A stretch of DNA of 64,000 nucleotides from Eledone cirrhosa (Eukaryota). Numbering within the stretch: the stretch's first letter is position 1; each line of letters starts with the position of its first letter. The DNA is taken from NCBI GenBank assembly GCA_964016885.1, contig CAXHJY010001625.1:12981-76980 (forward strand). Direction: 5' to 3'. Below are positions 1 through 13,329 of the stretch, piece after piece. The notes under the pieces are model-generated. The model made no database searches. It saw nothing but the letters and a program-made list of their open reading frames with translations, and was not told where the DNA came from. The position numbers were made by a program, and so were the translations under genes.

Positions 1-2200
1 GAGAGATAGTGTTGAGATAGGTGGGTAGATAGAGAGATAGTGTTGAGAAAGGTGGGTAGATAGATAGATAGTGTTGAGATAGGTGGGTAGATAGAGAGGT
101 AGTGTTGAGAAAGGTGGGTAGATAGAGAGATAGTGTTGAGAAAGGTGGGTAGATAGAGAGATAGTGTTGAGATAGGTGGGTAGATAGAGAGATAGTGTTG
201 AGATAGGTGGGTAGATAGAGAGATAGTGTTGCGATAGGTGGGTAGATAGAGAGATAGTGTTGAGAAAGGTGGGTAGATAGAGAGACAGTGTTGAGATAGG
301 TGGGTAGATAGAGAGATAGTGTTGAGATAGGTGGGTAGATAGAGAGATAGGTGGGTAGATTGAGAGATAGTGTTGAGATAGGTGGGTAGATAGAGAGATA
401 GTGTTGAGAAAGGTGGGTAGATAGAGAGATAGTGTTGAGAAAGGTGGGTAGATAGAGAGATAGTGTTGAGAAAGGTGGGTAGATAGAGAGACAGTGTTGA
501 GAAAGGTGGGTAGATAGAGAGATAGTGCTGAGAGAGGTGGGTAGATAGAGAGACAGTGTTGAGAAAGGTGGGTAGATAGAGAGATAGTGTTGAGATAGGT
601 GGGTAGATAGAGAGATAGTGTTGAGAAAGGTGGGTAGATAGAGAGATAGTGTTGAGATAGGTGGGTAGATAGAGAGATAGTGTTGAGATAGGTGGGTAGA
701 TAGAGAGATAGTGTTGAGAAATGTGGGTAGATAGAGAGATAGTGTGGAGAAAGGTGGGTAGATAGAGAGATAGTGTTGAGAAATGTGGGTAGATAGAGAG
801 ATAGTGTGGAGAAAGGTGGGTAGATAGAGAGATAGGTGGGTAGATAGAGAGATAGGTGGGTAGATAGAGAGATAGTGTTGAGATAGGTGGGTAGATAGAG
901 AGATAGGTGGGTAGATAGAGAGATAGGTGGGTAGATAGAGAGATAGTGTTGAGATAGGTGGGTAGATAGAGAGATAGTGTTGAGAAAGGTGGGTAGATAT
1001 AGAGATAGTGTGGAGAAAGGCGGGTAGATAGAGAGATAGTGTTGAGATAGGTGGGTAGATAGAGAGATAGTGTTGAGATAGGTGGGTAGATAGAGAGATA
1101 GTGTTGAGAAAGGTGGGTAGATAGAGAGATAGTGTTGAGATAGGTGGGTAGATAGAGAGATAGTGTTGAGATAGGTGGGTAGATAGAGAGATAGTGTTGA
1201 GATAGGTGGGTAGATAGAGAGATAGTGTTGAGAAAGGTGGGTAGATAGAGAGATAGTGTTGAGAAAGGTGGGTAGATAGAGAGACAGTGTTGAGATAGGT
1301 GGGTAGATAGAGAGATAGTGTTGAGATAGGTGGGTAGATAGAGATATAGTGTTGAGATAGGTGGGTAGATAGAGAGATAGTGTTGAGAAAGGTGGGTAGA
1401 TATAGAGATAGTGTGGAGAAAGGCGGGTAGATAGAGAGATAGTGTTGAGATAGGTGGGTAGATAGAGAGATAGTGTTGAGATAGGTGGGTAGATAGAGAG
1501 ATAGTGTTGAGATAGGTGGGTAGATAGAGAGTTAGTGTTGAGAAAGGTGGGTAGATAGAGAGATAGTGTGGAGAAAGGTGGGTAGATAGAGATAGTGTTG
1601 AGAAAGGTGGGTAGATAGAGAGATAGTGTTGAGATAGGTGGTAGATAGAGAGATAGTGTTGAGAAAGGTGGGTAGATAGAGAGATAGTGTTGAGAAAGGT
1701 GGGTAGATAGAGAGATAGTGTTGAGAAAGGTGGGTAGATAGAGAGACAGTGTTGAGAAAGGTGGGTAGATAGAGAGATAGTGTTGAGAAAGGTGGGTAGA
1801 TAGAGAGACAGTGTTGAGATAGGTGGGTAGATAGAGAGATAGTGTTGAGATAGGTGGGTAGATAGAGATATAGTGTTGAGATAGGTGGGTAGATAGAGAG
1901 ATAGTGTTGAGAAATGTGGGTAGATATAGAGATAGTGTGGAGAAAGGTGGGTAGATAGAGAGATAGTGTTGAGATAGGTGGGTAGATAGAGAGATAGTGT
2001 TGAGGAAGATAGGTAGATAGAGAGATAGTGTTGAGATAGGTGGGTAGATAGAGAGATAGTGTTGAGAAAGGTGGGTAGATAGAGAGATAGTGTTGAGATA
2101 GGTGGGTAGATAGAGAGATAGTGTTGAGATATGTGGGTAGATAGAGATAGTGTTGAGAAAGGTGGGTAGATGAAGAGATAGGGTATTGAGAAAGATCAGT
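1..2200. repeat. 31-bp tandem minisatellite (GAGAGATAGTGTTGAGAWAGGTGGGTAGATA)n, roughly 70 units, open at window start
   Basis: Visible 31-nt period with occasional shortened units; decays after ~2160. Confidence 0.97.
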
Positions 2201-2547
2201 AGATAGAAGATGATGGAGGGGAGATTAGTGATGGAGAAGATAGGAAATGAAATTATACAAGTTAGTAAGGAAGAAGAGGTGTATTGTCGTAGTTAAGCAT
2301 TTTGTTACTTGGAGACCCACATAGCCGAGTGATTAATAGGTTTGCTTTGCAATCACGATGTTCTGGGTTCAATCCCACTGTTTGGCCTATTGGGCAACTG
2401 TTATTTACTACAGCCTTGAGTTGACCTATGTCTTGTGAGTGAAACTGAATAGACAAACTATTTGGAAGCTCATCAGTTGGACTGTACCTGTAATCCAAAA
2501 GGCCAGACATGTCAGACACAGTGTCATGCTGAATCTTCCTGAGAATT

Positions 2548-2738
2548 ACATTTAAACTGGCTGTATCCAGCCAAAATTCCCTCAAACTGGCTGTAACTGG
2601 CCACTCATACTGATGTTAAGGTATTGTTTTCAAAATAAATAATATCAAAATCTCGTAGATTCAATATTATGTGAGGTAAAGCTTTTACAATCAAAATACA
2701 ATAGTATATATAGAGTAATGTAAATGGTAATGGGTTAA
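2548..2738 (+). mobile_element. Degenerate copy of piggyBac-like MITE (left end damaged)
   Basis: Internal sequence matches 28950-29169; ends GTAAATGGTAATGGG-TTAA. Confidence 0.7.
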
Positions 2739-3070
2739 GTGTACACATGTTTGTGGAATACTCAATCATTTTTATGTTAATTCATGAGGCAGACATTCAG
2801 TTGATCTAAACAACTGAATGTTTGTAAAAACCAATAGAGGATCCATCACCATCATAGTAGACAAAAATTCTGAGAAAGGGAAGCTTCTAAACCTGATAAA
2901 ATGCAGGAATATTGGGATGAAGAGAGAGGTACTAAAGAGAGAAAATTAGAATAACATTTTTTGATACCAAACAGCCTAAAACTGCCTCTTGTTCTACAAT
3001 ACAAACTGTTTGTTTTTAAAGTGTTTATATCTATATAAAAACTTTCCATCTTTATTTTATATCAGAACCA

Positions 3071-3290
3071 GGACGGTGGATTGGCAGTATCGGTAGAGCG
3101 CCGGACAACATGCTTTGCAGTATAGAGTTATGGCCCTTTACGATCTGAGTTAAAATCCCGCTGAGGTTAACTTTGCCTTTTATCCTTATGGGGTCGATAA
3201 AATAAAGCACCAGTAATGTACTGGGGTAGATTTAATCGATTTTCCCCTCCCCTCAAATTACTGGCCATGTGCCTATACTAGAAATCATTT
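3071..3290 (+). mobile_element. tRNA-headed SINE, family A
   Basis: A-box-like TGGCAGTATCGGTAG, B-box-like GAGTTAAAATCC, body GCCTTTTATCCTTATGGGGTCGATAAAATAAAG; more than 25 copies or fragments in window. Confidence 0.88.
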
Positions 3291-3939
3291 TATATCAGAA
3301 CTTTTATGTTCTAAAAACCATCTTAATAATGAGAAAGTTAGTTATATTTCTAAATCCCTTCAAATTTTCAATCCTTCTCAAAATTATTTGAAAACCATAG
3401 GCAATGACTTTCATTAGAAATATAGTAATGAAAGGGTTAGCATGTCACAAAGAGGAAGTGAATGTTAGAGTGAGAGTAGAAGTATTTGAGAAATATACAA
3501 TCAGACAATAAGACAATAAAATGAATAAATGAATGGTTTGTGGTATTCATCCCAGCTCTCTGCTCTCTGAGTTCAAATCCAACTGAGGCCAACTTTGCTT
3601 TTCATCCTTTTGAGGTTGATAAAAAAAGTGCCAGTCTATTACTGGAGTCGATTCTTCCTCTATATCTCTTTCTCACCTCCTTTCTCTCACTCTCTCTATC
3701 ATTCTCTGGAAGAAATCTGCTGTATTCAAACCTGGAGAAGGAAGGGCTCTGTCAGGCTTAAAATGCCCAAGAAATACCATGTGTCACTATGGCAGCACTA
3801 TGACTCCATCAGGAGTTACAGGACCATGCCATACCATACCAGAGTCATATGAATTAAAATTTGGATAAAAAGAATAAAATGAAATGAATACAATAAAAAC
3901 AAATAAATAAGTGTATGTATAAATAAATTAATAAACAAA

Positions 3940-4122
3940 TAATCGTTTCTACTTTTGGCACAAGGCCAGCAAATACCCAGTCCATTACTGGTACCTTATT
4001 TTATCGACCCCGTAAGGATGAAAGGCAAAGTCAACCTCGGTGGGATTTGAACTCAGATTGTAAAGGGACGTAACTATGCTGGAAAGCATGGCGTCCGACC
4101 CTCTACTGATACTGCCAATCCA
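3940..4122 (-). mobile_element. SINE family A
   Basis: Reverse complement of family A head, body and AGTAGAAAC tail. Confidence 0.88.
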
Positions 4123-5800
4123 TAATGACAGTACGTAAGCAGGATACAGACTCCTTGGCCTGTATGGGAAGTCAGCAGCTTCGCTTCAGTACTAATTTGA
4201 TCTATGTAGACTCATCCAACCTTGCTAGCTGGGAAAGTGAATGTTAAATGATGATGATAATATCTGTCAAAAACGATCAGTTTTATGCAATATTTTTTTT
4301 ATTCTTTAAGGTGAGTGGGGAAGTGTTTAAATATGGCATGAGCCAGTTTAACTGTTTTACTGAGAGGATATAGAATGAACTCACCCAAACTTTGGATGCA
4401 CAAAAGAAGTGGTCTTGTCCCTCATCAAATCCTTCCTCTCTCTCTCTCTCTTAAATTTACATCCACATACTGAAGAGGTCATAAAAAGGGACTTGAAGTT
4501 TAGATTAGTGAGGAAAATACAAAATTTTCTCCCAATTCTATGCTAGTTACAATCCATATCCATGTATATGATAGTGCACGTACTTAAATATGGAATGTTA
4601 CGCAATGGGAAGCTTTTACCTGTCAATGATTCTTTATGCTAAATATATTCTTCTAGGCACTAAGATTGACATGTAATGGATACAAAGAATTATACATACT
4701 CTAATAAGATATTTATACTTCTATTCCATGTTTATATATAAACATGCATATGTCACAGTTTGTTTTCTCTGTAATTAATATTAGATAGAATATACATGTC
4801 ATTTGTTTCTATCTCATTATGTTAATCTGTTATTCTACAACATGTTCCAGCCGGCAGGCTGAGGCCATGCTGGGGCACCACTATTAAAAAAGGATAAAAC
4901 AATGTGTCTCTCCTCCAATGAGATATCCATTGATAGAGGATGCATTGTTTTTTGCAACGTGAAGTACTCAACGTATCACCTTACTCAGGAACTCAACGTA
5001 TTGCTTCGTTTGGGAATCAAACTCATAATGCAATTGTGAATCGACTTTCTAACCACTAAGCCACATGACTGTTAATCTTATTTTTAAAATGTGAAAACAT
5101 TTACTGTTTAAAATCTTACACCTGAATAAACTTCTACTTCTTACCAAGTGAAGCGATGAAGAGATCTCAATTTTTTTTTTAAGATTGATAAAGAAGACAA
5201 ACATTTTTTGTATACAACATCATATATGCAATGAAGTCTGCTAGAAGGATGAAATGGAGGTGTGGGTTTGCATTGGGTTTGCTGGCCCTAGTTTGCTGAA
5301 CATGGCCAAGTATCATTAAATCCCCACCACATTTATAGTTGTCTAAAGACAACCTGTTGTTTTCCATTCTGTTATCACACACACTAACACATGCTTTGGT
5401 GTGTGTGTAAGAGAGAGAGGGAGGGGGTGAGGGAGTAAATATTTATTCTAAACAAATTAAAATATATTTTTTTATATCTAGATAATCATTTAATTATGAT
5501 GTTGAAAAGAGAATAGTAAAGTGATAATGAAAATGTTTCCAATTTCAAAATGGAGAACTTTAGCGTAGTTAAATAAAACTAATTTGTGCAGATCACCATA
5601 GAAATTATACAAATCAAATTTAAATTCATCTGAGAAATTCTTTAATATTTTCTGTTGAAATTGAAATTGCTCATGAATGTATTATTTTATGATATTATTT
5701 TATATTATTTTATATAAAGCATTGAAAGATAATTAGTAAATTTGTTTTTAACATGGAAACATAGGCATTAACTAATGATGGTATATGGAATATTAGGAAC

Positions 5801-6005
5801 ATTTCTTCTTCTGCTGCTTCTTCTTCTTCTTCTGCTGCTGCTGCTGCTTCTTCTTCTTCTGCTTCTTCTTCTTTTTCTTTTTTTTTCTTTTTCTTTTTCT
5901 TCTTTTTCTTTTTTTCTTTTTCTTTTTCTTCTTTTTCTTCTTTTTCTTTTTCTTCTTTTTCTTCTTTTTCTTCTTTTCCCTTTCTTCTTCTTTTTCTTCT
6001 TCTTC
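5801..6005. repeat. (CTT)n/(CTG)n/polypyrimidine tract
   Basis: Simple repeat; source of poly-K/E/L pseudo-ORFs. Confidence 0.95.
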
Positions 6006-6425
6006 TATGCTTGCACAAGTCTTCCTCAGCATAGCATCTCTCCATTCGCTGCATTCCTTCATCATCCCCTCAGTGAGTCTCAGCAATTTGAGATCAGCCC
6101 TCACCACTGCTGCCCAGGTCTTTCTTGGTCTACCTCTATTGTGATTCCTGGTAATTCTTCACTCATCGATCATCATCCATGCACATCATATGTCCATACC
6201 AATGCAGTCTTCTCTTCTGCACATCACTTCGGATTTCTCTTAAACTCAGTTTCTCCCTCACTTCATCCAGGCTCAGCCTTTCTCTCACATTTACATTGCA
6301 CATCCAACGGAGCATGGCTGCTTCATTTCTCTCCTGTCTATATGTCTTTTGTAGTCACAGTCCATGTTTCACTACCATGCAACATCGCTCTTTGCATACA
6401 GGTGTCATACTGTCTTTTGTTGTCA
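6006..6425 (-). mobile_element. Degenerate RTE LINE 3' fragment
   Basis: Minus strand encodes MLHGSETW, RNEAAMLRWMC and GRPRK-like motifs homologous to 17190-17600. Confidence 0.8.
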
Positions 6426-7374
6426 ACAGTGTTGTCAAATAACTCAAACAAAATAAATCAGAGGAAAAGCCACAACGAAATACAATGGTTAATTATTTAA
6501 ACATTCTGCATTTGAAAAGATAATTTTACTTTTGGTGTTTCATAAATGTGAGAAAAACTGTTGTATTCAAAAGTTTAGGTGGAATAATCTTATTCACAAA
6601 GCATAAGCATAAGAAAAATATTTTGGATGTATTATAAACTCAGATGATTTAAAGATTTTAATGGATAGAAAATTGGATTTGAGTGTGAATTATAGGGAAG
6701 GAGAAAGATAAACTAGTTTAAATATCTTCAGAGACAATAGTTCTACTTCAGTGGCTTCTGAAATACCGAAAATATATTTATTATAAGTTTATCTGTCTAC
6801 ATACAACATAACACATTTTCAGCCTCCTTCTAAATTGAACATCTTTCCCATTAAATATTTCTAACTGGAGCTTTTATCTCGTGGCTGTTTTTGATAATTT
6901 ATAATCTCTATAAGTTTTCTATTTTATTTCTATGATATAAATGTAAGGACCTTTGTTTGTCCAAGTAATAGTGCATCCTTTATATACAATAGCATGTATT
7001 GTATGAACCTCTATCAGTTATGACTGAGTGTTTCAGTTTTCTGTTCAACAGAACAACCCTCTCATGAAATTAATGTGAATATGGCTGAACATTTTATAGG
7101 CACATGTTCCTGACAAGACTGGCTATTAGAATTACAGGTATTGTCCATCAGACAGACTTCTGAATGGTTTCTGTCTACCTAATTTCACTAAAGGCATGGG
7201 TTGACCAAAGATATGATAGATAACTCAATGGGGTAAATAATGGTTTCCAATTTAGGCATAAGGCCAGCAATTTGGGAGGTAGGGAAAGTTGATTAAATCA
7301 ACCATAGTGTGTTACTGGTATTTCATTTTATTGATTCTATAAAGATGAAAGGCAAAGCTAACCTTGAAAGGGCC

Positions 7375-8480
7375 ATATTTTCATCTCAATGCAATCTTCT
7401 ATACTAATAAAACCTCTCCTCTCCCTCCTTCCATGATAGGTAAAACCTGTCAATATCTTTTTTGTTTAACCCTGTGAACATCGTTAGCATTTTCATTGTC
7501 TTTCAATCCATTTCTTCTAATTCATTCTTTTTCCACCACACTATTCTTACACCATGCCTCACAACAGCTACCGCTCTGGAGTTTAATGCTGAAATGAAGT
7601 TTCCTGCAATCAATTTTGAATTCAGAATTGTTTTCATCTTTTTGAAACTGTCTTTATTTCTGTTTAGTACTGTCTTTCATTCTCCTGATTTTTAATCTTG
7701 TCTGCTTTAATAATTCCCAGATATTTGTATCTCTTTTTCTGGTCTATTTGTTGTACTTCCATGTTATTTGGCAATAATGTCCTTCTACTTCTACAAATTT
7801 TCCTTTTAATTTCTTAACCAGTGTGTCATATTTCTGTATTACAAATTTCATACCAATATCTTTGTTGAAAACCCTGACTGTGTTCACTAAATCATCAAGT
7901 TGTTTTTCATTCTTTCCATATAATTTAAGATAATCCATATCTTAAATTATCATAAGGTGATTTATGGTACCGTTTCCTTTTCTTAACTCATATCCAGCTG
8001 TGGTTCATCTCAAGATCATTGTGAGAGATATCAGGGTAATTACAAATAATTATTTCTGATTTAAGCACGAGGCCAATAATTCTAGTGGGAGGGGAAAGTT
8101 AATGAAATTGACCCCAGAGCATTACTGGTACTTTATTTTATCAACCTGTTAAAGATGAAAGGCAGAGGTAACCTTGGCAGGATTTGAACTCAGAACATAA
8201 AGGGATGTGACTCTATACTGCAAAGCATGTTTCCAGACACTCTACCAATACTGCCAATCCAATAGCAATGAAAGGTTATCTCCTAGGAAAATACCTCACT
8301 TTATGCTCACTACTTCTAATGATTGATCACCAGTAACAGGTTCCATTTTCCATTTTTTCATACTCTTTCTATCATTTCTGTTACATTATCTGCCACTCTC
8401 ACTATATATTCATACTTTCAACTATCCAGGAGTAGGCAGCAATACCATATGCCTTTTGATAATCAATCCATCCTATGTAA
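7375..8480 (-). mobile_element. Decayed R4/Dong-like non-LTR retrotransposon RT fragment, interrupted by a SINE at ~8048-8262
   Basis: WIDYQKAY, GIFxGD, MDYLKLYGKNEKQLDDLVNTVRVFNKDIGMKF, YKYLGIIKAD, SALNSRAVAVVRHG; many stops and frameshifts. Confidence 0.75.
8048..8262 (-). mobile_element. SINE family A nested in the R4/Dong-like RT
   Basis: Full head-to-tail reverse copy splitting the RT coding sequence. Confidence 0.85.
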
Positions 8481-8694
8481 AATGTGTTACTACTACTAAT
8501 ACTACCACCAACAATACAAGGTGGAGTGGCTGTTCTAGTGTGTCCCCTCGCCATCCTCTGGAGCAATGTATTATCCATCCTGTCAGCCAGGTCCAAGAGG
8601 CAGAGGGAGAGTCAGTTGGAAGTAAAAGATACTCATTCAGATATCACACACATACTCGACATATTCAGTACAATATTTTACATTTTTTTATTTA

Positions 8695-8846
8695 CCCTAT
8701 TTCCCGGCACCGAAAACACTTCATCCGCTTTTGACAACCAAAAATTTGAAAAAAAAAATAAACAGCTTTCAGCTTCCAGGATGCATGGTAGATTTTTGAG
8801 AGTTATTTTAGGAAAAAAGTACCGTCTTTGATGCCGGGAAATACGG
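8695..8846. mobile_element. Tc2/pogo-like MITE (~150 bp)
   Basis: TIRs CCCTATTTCCCGGCACCGAAAAC / GTCTTTGATGCCGGGAAATACGG with TA on both flanks. Confidence 0.8.
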
Positions 8847-8984
8847 TATTTACTTTTGATTTACTGACTTTAAATTTTAAAAAATAAATAAATAAAATAG
8901 ATATCTGTCAGTAGTATCTGCTAAAAATACTTAAGAAAAGACAAATATTTAAATTACTTAAATCTAATATAATCTAGCATATAA

Positions 8985-9165
8985 TAATGGTTTCTGATTT
9001 AGGCACAAGGCCAGCAATTTGGGGGAAGGGGAAAGTTGATTAAATCAACACCAGTACGTTACTGGTACTTCATTTTATCAACTCTATAAGGATGAAAGGT
9101 AAAGCTAACCTCAGCAGGATTTGAACTCAGAATGTAAAGAACCGTAACTCTATGCTGCAAAGCAT
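8985..9165 (-). mobile_element. SINE family A (5'-truncated)
   Basis: Body and tail homology. Confidence 0.8.
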
Positions 9166-9337
9166 TCTTCTTCTTCTTCTTGTTCTTCATCTTCTTCTTC
9201 AAGCCTTTCCAGCATTTCCAAGGGTGCACTCCTCTGGAAAGGTTTACTGAATACAAACTGAAATTGCAAGGCATCGTGGTCTGGTTTTTACCTTCCTCAT
9301 ATATATATAAAATTAATCTCCCATGATTAACGAATCA

Positions 9338-9428
9338 AGAGTCTGATCAGCTATTGATTCCAGAGTCTGGCTCAATTGATACAGATTAAACTTTGAGCTG
9401 ATCAATAGCGAAACAGGTGTCACACCTG
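9338..9428 (+). ncRNA. Degenerate hammerhead-like motif (Penelope-type)
   Basis: CTGATCA + perfect 9-bp helix GCTATTGAT/ATCAATAGC + GAAA-CAGGTG-TC; core deviates from CUGANGA. Confidence 0.4.
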
Positions 9429-9454
9429 AATAAACTTGATGATGATAATCTGAC

Positions 9455-9640
9455 ACGGCAGTATCAGTAGAGGGTCAGACGCCATGCTTTCCAGCATAGT
9501 TACGTCCCTTTACGATCTGAGTTCAAATCCCGCCGAGGTTGACTTTGCTTTTCATCCTTACGGGGTCGATAAAATAAAGTACCAGTAATGCACTGGGTAA
9601 TTGCTGGCCTTGTGCCTAAAGTAGAAACAATTATTAATAT
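9455..9640 (+). mobile_element. SINE family A
   Basis: A/B boxes, body, GTAGAAACAATTATT tail. Confidence 0.88.
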
Positions 9641-9845
9641 TACACTCTGCTTATGAAGGAAACCGACCATTGTATAACACCACATACTATACTTAAATGG
9701 ACCCACCTACACATTGTGTGCTCAAGTTGGTGAACCAATAGTAATATAAGGTTAGAGCACATGAAGCTATATATGTATGTGTGTATGTGTGTGTGCATAT
9801 GTATGTGTATGTATGTATGTAAGTATCTGTGTGTGTGTATGAAAG

Positions 9846-9885
<40 letters not shown>

Positions 9886-10349
9886 CACGTACACATTAGA
9901 TGTGAAATGATGTTTGTCTTTCATCATTTATATGTTGTCAAGCATGTGTGGGAGATGTCATATTGTTTTGTTTTAATAAAGTTGAAGGAAAGGAAGAGAA
10001 AAGAAAAAGATGGATGTAGAAAGAATGACATAGATTTTGCCAGTACAAATTCATAATCCTACCAACTTTTTCTTATTCTTTTTCCTACTCCCACTCCCTT
10101 ACAACTTTCAGTTTTTCTCTGCCTTCTTTATAAGAGCTCCTTGTTTTAATGGATAGGCACCTAGAATCAGCCATTTTCTTGTACTTGGATTATTCTGAGA
10201 AAATTTGCATTATGTTTTGAATACTTTTGTTTGTTTGTTTGATTATAAATATATTTATACATGTAGCCAAATTCACATGCATATAATTAAGCACATACAC
10301 ACACATAGAGTGTATATCATTATTATCATAGTTTAACGACTGCTCTCCC

Positions 10350-10358
10350 TATATATGC

Positions 10359-10392
<34 letters not shown>

Positions 10393-10524
10393 CTGTGTGT
10401 GTATGTATATATATATACACATATCTGTGTGTGTATGTATATATATATATACATATATGTGTGTATGTATATATATATATACATACACACATATATGTAT
10501 ATATATATATACATACACACACAG

Positions 10525-10578
<54 letters not shown>

Positions 10579-10973
10579 ATGTATGTATATATATATATAT
10601 ATGTATATATATATGTATATATATATGTATGTATATATATGTATATATATATATATGTATATATATATGTATGTATATATATGTATATATATATATATGT
10701 ATATATATGTATATGTATATATATGTATATATGTATATATATGTATATATATATATATATGTATATATATGTATATATAGATATATATGTATATATATGT
10801 ATATATATGTGTATGTATATATATATACATATATATTTGTGTATGTATATATATATACATATATATATGTGTATGTATATATATATACATATATATATGT
10901 GTATGTATATATATATACATATATATATGTGTATGTATATATATATATACACATATATATGTTTATGTATATA

Positions 10974-11011
<38 letters not shown>

Positions 11012-11031
11012 TATATGTTTATGTATATATC

Positions 11032-11063
<32 letters not shown>

Positions 11064-11555
11064 TATATGTGTATGTATATATATGTATATATATATATAT
11101 ATGTGTATGTATATATATGTATATATATATATATATGTGTATGTATATATATATATATGTGTATATATATGTGTATATATATATATATATGTGTGTGTGA
11201 ATACATATATATATATACACATATATACATATATATATGTGTATGTATATATATATATGTATATATATATGTGTATATATATATATATATATGTGTGTGT
11301 GAATACATATATATATATACACATATATACATATATATATGTGTATGTATATATATATATGTATATATATATGTGTATATATATATATATGTGTGAATAC
11401 ATATATATATGTGTGTGTACATATGATGTTTGTCTATATATATATACACACACATATATATATATACACATATATACACTATATATGTAGGTATATATGT
11501 ATATAAATATATTTATATATATATATATATATACACATATATACAATATATATAT
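10350..11555. repeat. (TA)n/(TG)n compound microsatellite
   Basis: Direct inspection. Confidence 0.98.
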
Positions 11556-11789
11556 TCGTAATTCATATTAATAGACAGGAGCTTTCAGTCATGTTCTGCC
11601 AAAGGGAATAATTAAATGAAACATGATGAAATATATATTTATATTTATTTTATTTTTATATTTTCTATCTTCCTTTCTTTCTCCTCCCTTTTATTTAACT
11701 TTTTAATTTTTTTTGTTTTTGCTACAGATTTTCATCTTGTTGAATTTTCTCTTTTGGTTATCTTCTTCAGTCCTTTTTGGTTTTTGCTT

Positions 11790-12102
11790 TCCTCTCCCTC
11801 CTTTTTTTCCCCCTCCTCCTCAGCAGCAGCACTCCTCCTCAGCAGCAGCACTCCTCCTCAGCAGCAGCACTCCTCCCCTTCCTCCTCCTCCTCTTCCTCC
11901 TCCTCCTCATCATCACCATCAGCAGCACTCCTCTTTTTCATTGCTACTCACTTTTCTTTCTCATCATCACTATCTCTCTGCTTCCCCTCCTCTTTATCAT
12001 CATTTCTCCTTCTCTTTCTTTTCTTTCTTTTTCTTCTTCTTTCTTTTTCTTCTTCTTTCTTCTTCTTCTTCCCTCTTCTTCTTCTTCCCTCTTCTTCTTC
12101 TT
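11790..12102. repeat. (CCT)/(CAG)/(CTT) compound triplet tract
   Basis: Direct inspection. Confidence 0.9.
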
Positions 12103-12244
12103 GGGAGTGTCATGGGAGAGCCAGAGTCCTCAAACACGCCTCCTTATGGGTCGATAAAATAAAGTACCAGTAATGTACTGTGTAATTTTCTGGCTTTGTG
12201 CCAAAAGTAGAAACAATTATTTTTGTTGTTGTTGTTATTTTGTT

Positions 12245-12597
12245 TCACCTGAAGAAAAAATCAGGATGGAGAAGGATATGAGTTTCAACAAGTTTGTTGA
12301 AAGGTGGGTGAGAGGGGCGAGCATAGTTCCAGTGATTGGGCCTGCTCTGAGTATACACCTGTAAAATGGAGAACATCTGAGAGAGAGCACTTACCCTAGC
12401 AGTCAAGGTTACCGTTGCTTTTTGTTGATCTTTTCCACGAGTGACCCTCGGAGGTTTCCCCACCTTTGGAAAATTTATGTTTTATTTTCAAATGTTTATT
12501 TTTTTAGTCATCCTTTGCACAAAAATCACACACTGTATCATCCTGTACCACACTGTACCATCCTCTTAATGTAAGCTCTGTGTGGCTAATAAAGAAC
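12245..12597 (+). mobile_element. 3' end of L1/Tx1-like LINE (ORF C-terminus plus 3' UTR ending GCTAATAAAGAA)
   Basis: KIRMEKDMSFNKFVERWVR peptide; related reverse copies at 47955-48258 and 59985-60045; clade call is from memory. Confidence 0.5.
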
Positions 12598-12599
12598 CT

Positions 12600-13010
12600 A
12601 TTCGGTGGATTGGCAGTAGAAGGTCGGACGCTATACTTTGTAACATAGAGTTATGGCACTTTACGTTCTCAGTTCAAATCCCGCCGAGGTTAACTTTGCC
12701 TTTCATCCTTATGGTGTTGATAAAATAAAGGAACAGTCACGCACTGGGGTCAATTTAATCAACTTTCCCCTCCCCTAAAATTGCTGGCTTTGTGCCTATA
12801 TAAGAAACCAGAGGGCGGTGGATTGGCAGTATCGGTAGAGGGTCGGAGGCCATGCTTTGCAGCAAAGAGTTACAGCCCTTTATGGTCTGAGTTCAAATCT
12901 CGTCGAGGTTAACTTTGCCTTTCATCCTTACGGGGTCGATAAAATAAAGTACCAGTAATGTACTGAGTAATTGCTGGCCTTGTGCCAAAAGCAGAAACAA
13001 TTATTATTGT
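12600..13010 (+). mobile_element. Two tandem SINE family A copies
   Basis: Heads at ~12604 and ~12813, each with body and tail. Confidence 0.88.
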
Positions 13011-13329
13011 TATCATCATTATTTTCTTGAATAACCATATGCGATAAGAAGAGAATTTATTTCAAAGTCTAGCGTAACAAGTTATTTTGCTTTAAATCCA
13101 GCTGTGTTATTCTACTTAAAAAGCAATCTGCATCGACTATATCATTAAAATGGAAAATGAACACACACTTTAAGTAGTGTGGTGCTCATTAAGTAGAAGG
13201 ATAAATCTCAGAAGATACACGATATTGCATACTTTTGGATAAAACCCAGTTTAGATTCATATGAACATATAAAGCCATAGATATATCATCAGTGAAACAA
13301 CCACAGAGACAGTTGGTTAGCAATATATA

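Noticed and set aside
10326-11546. Long IY/YI-rich ORFs (also 32114-32810, 55228-55540, 57121-57483, 62437-62943)
   Set aside because: Translations of (TA)/(TG) microsatellites
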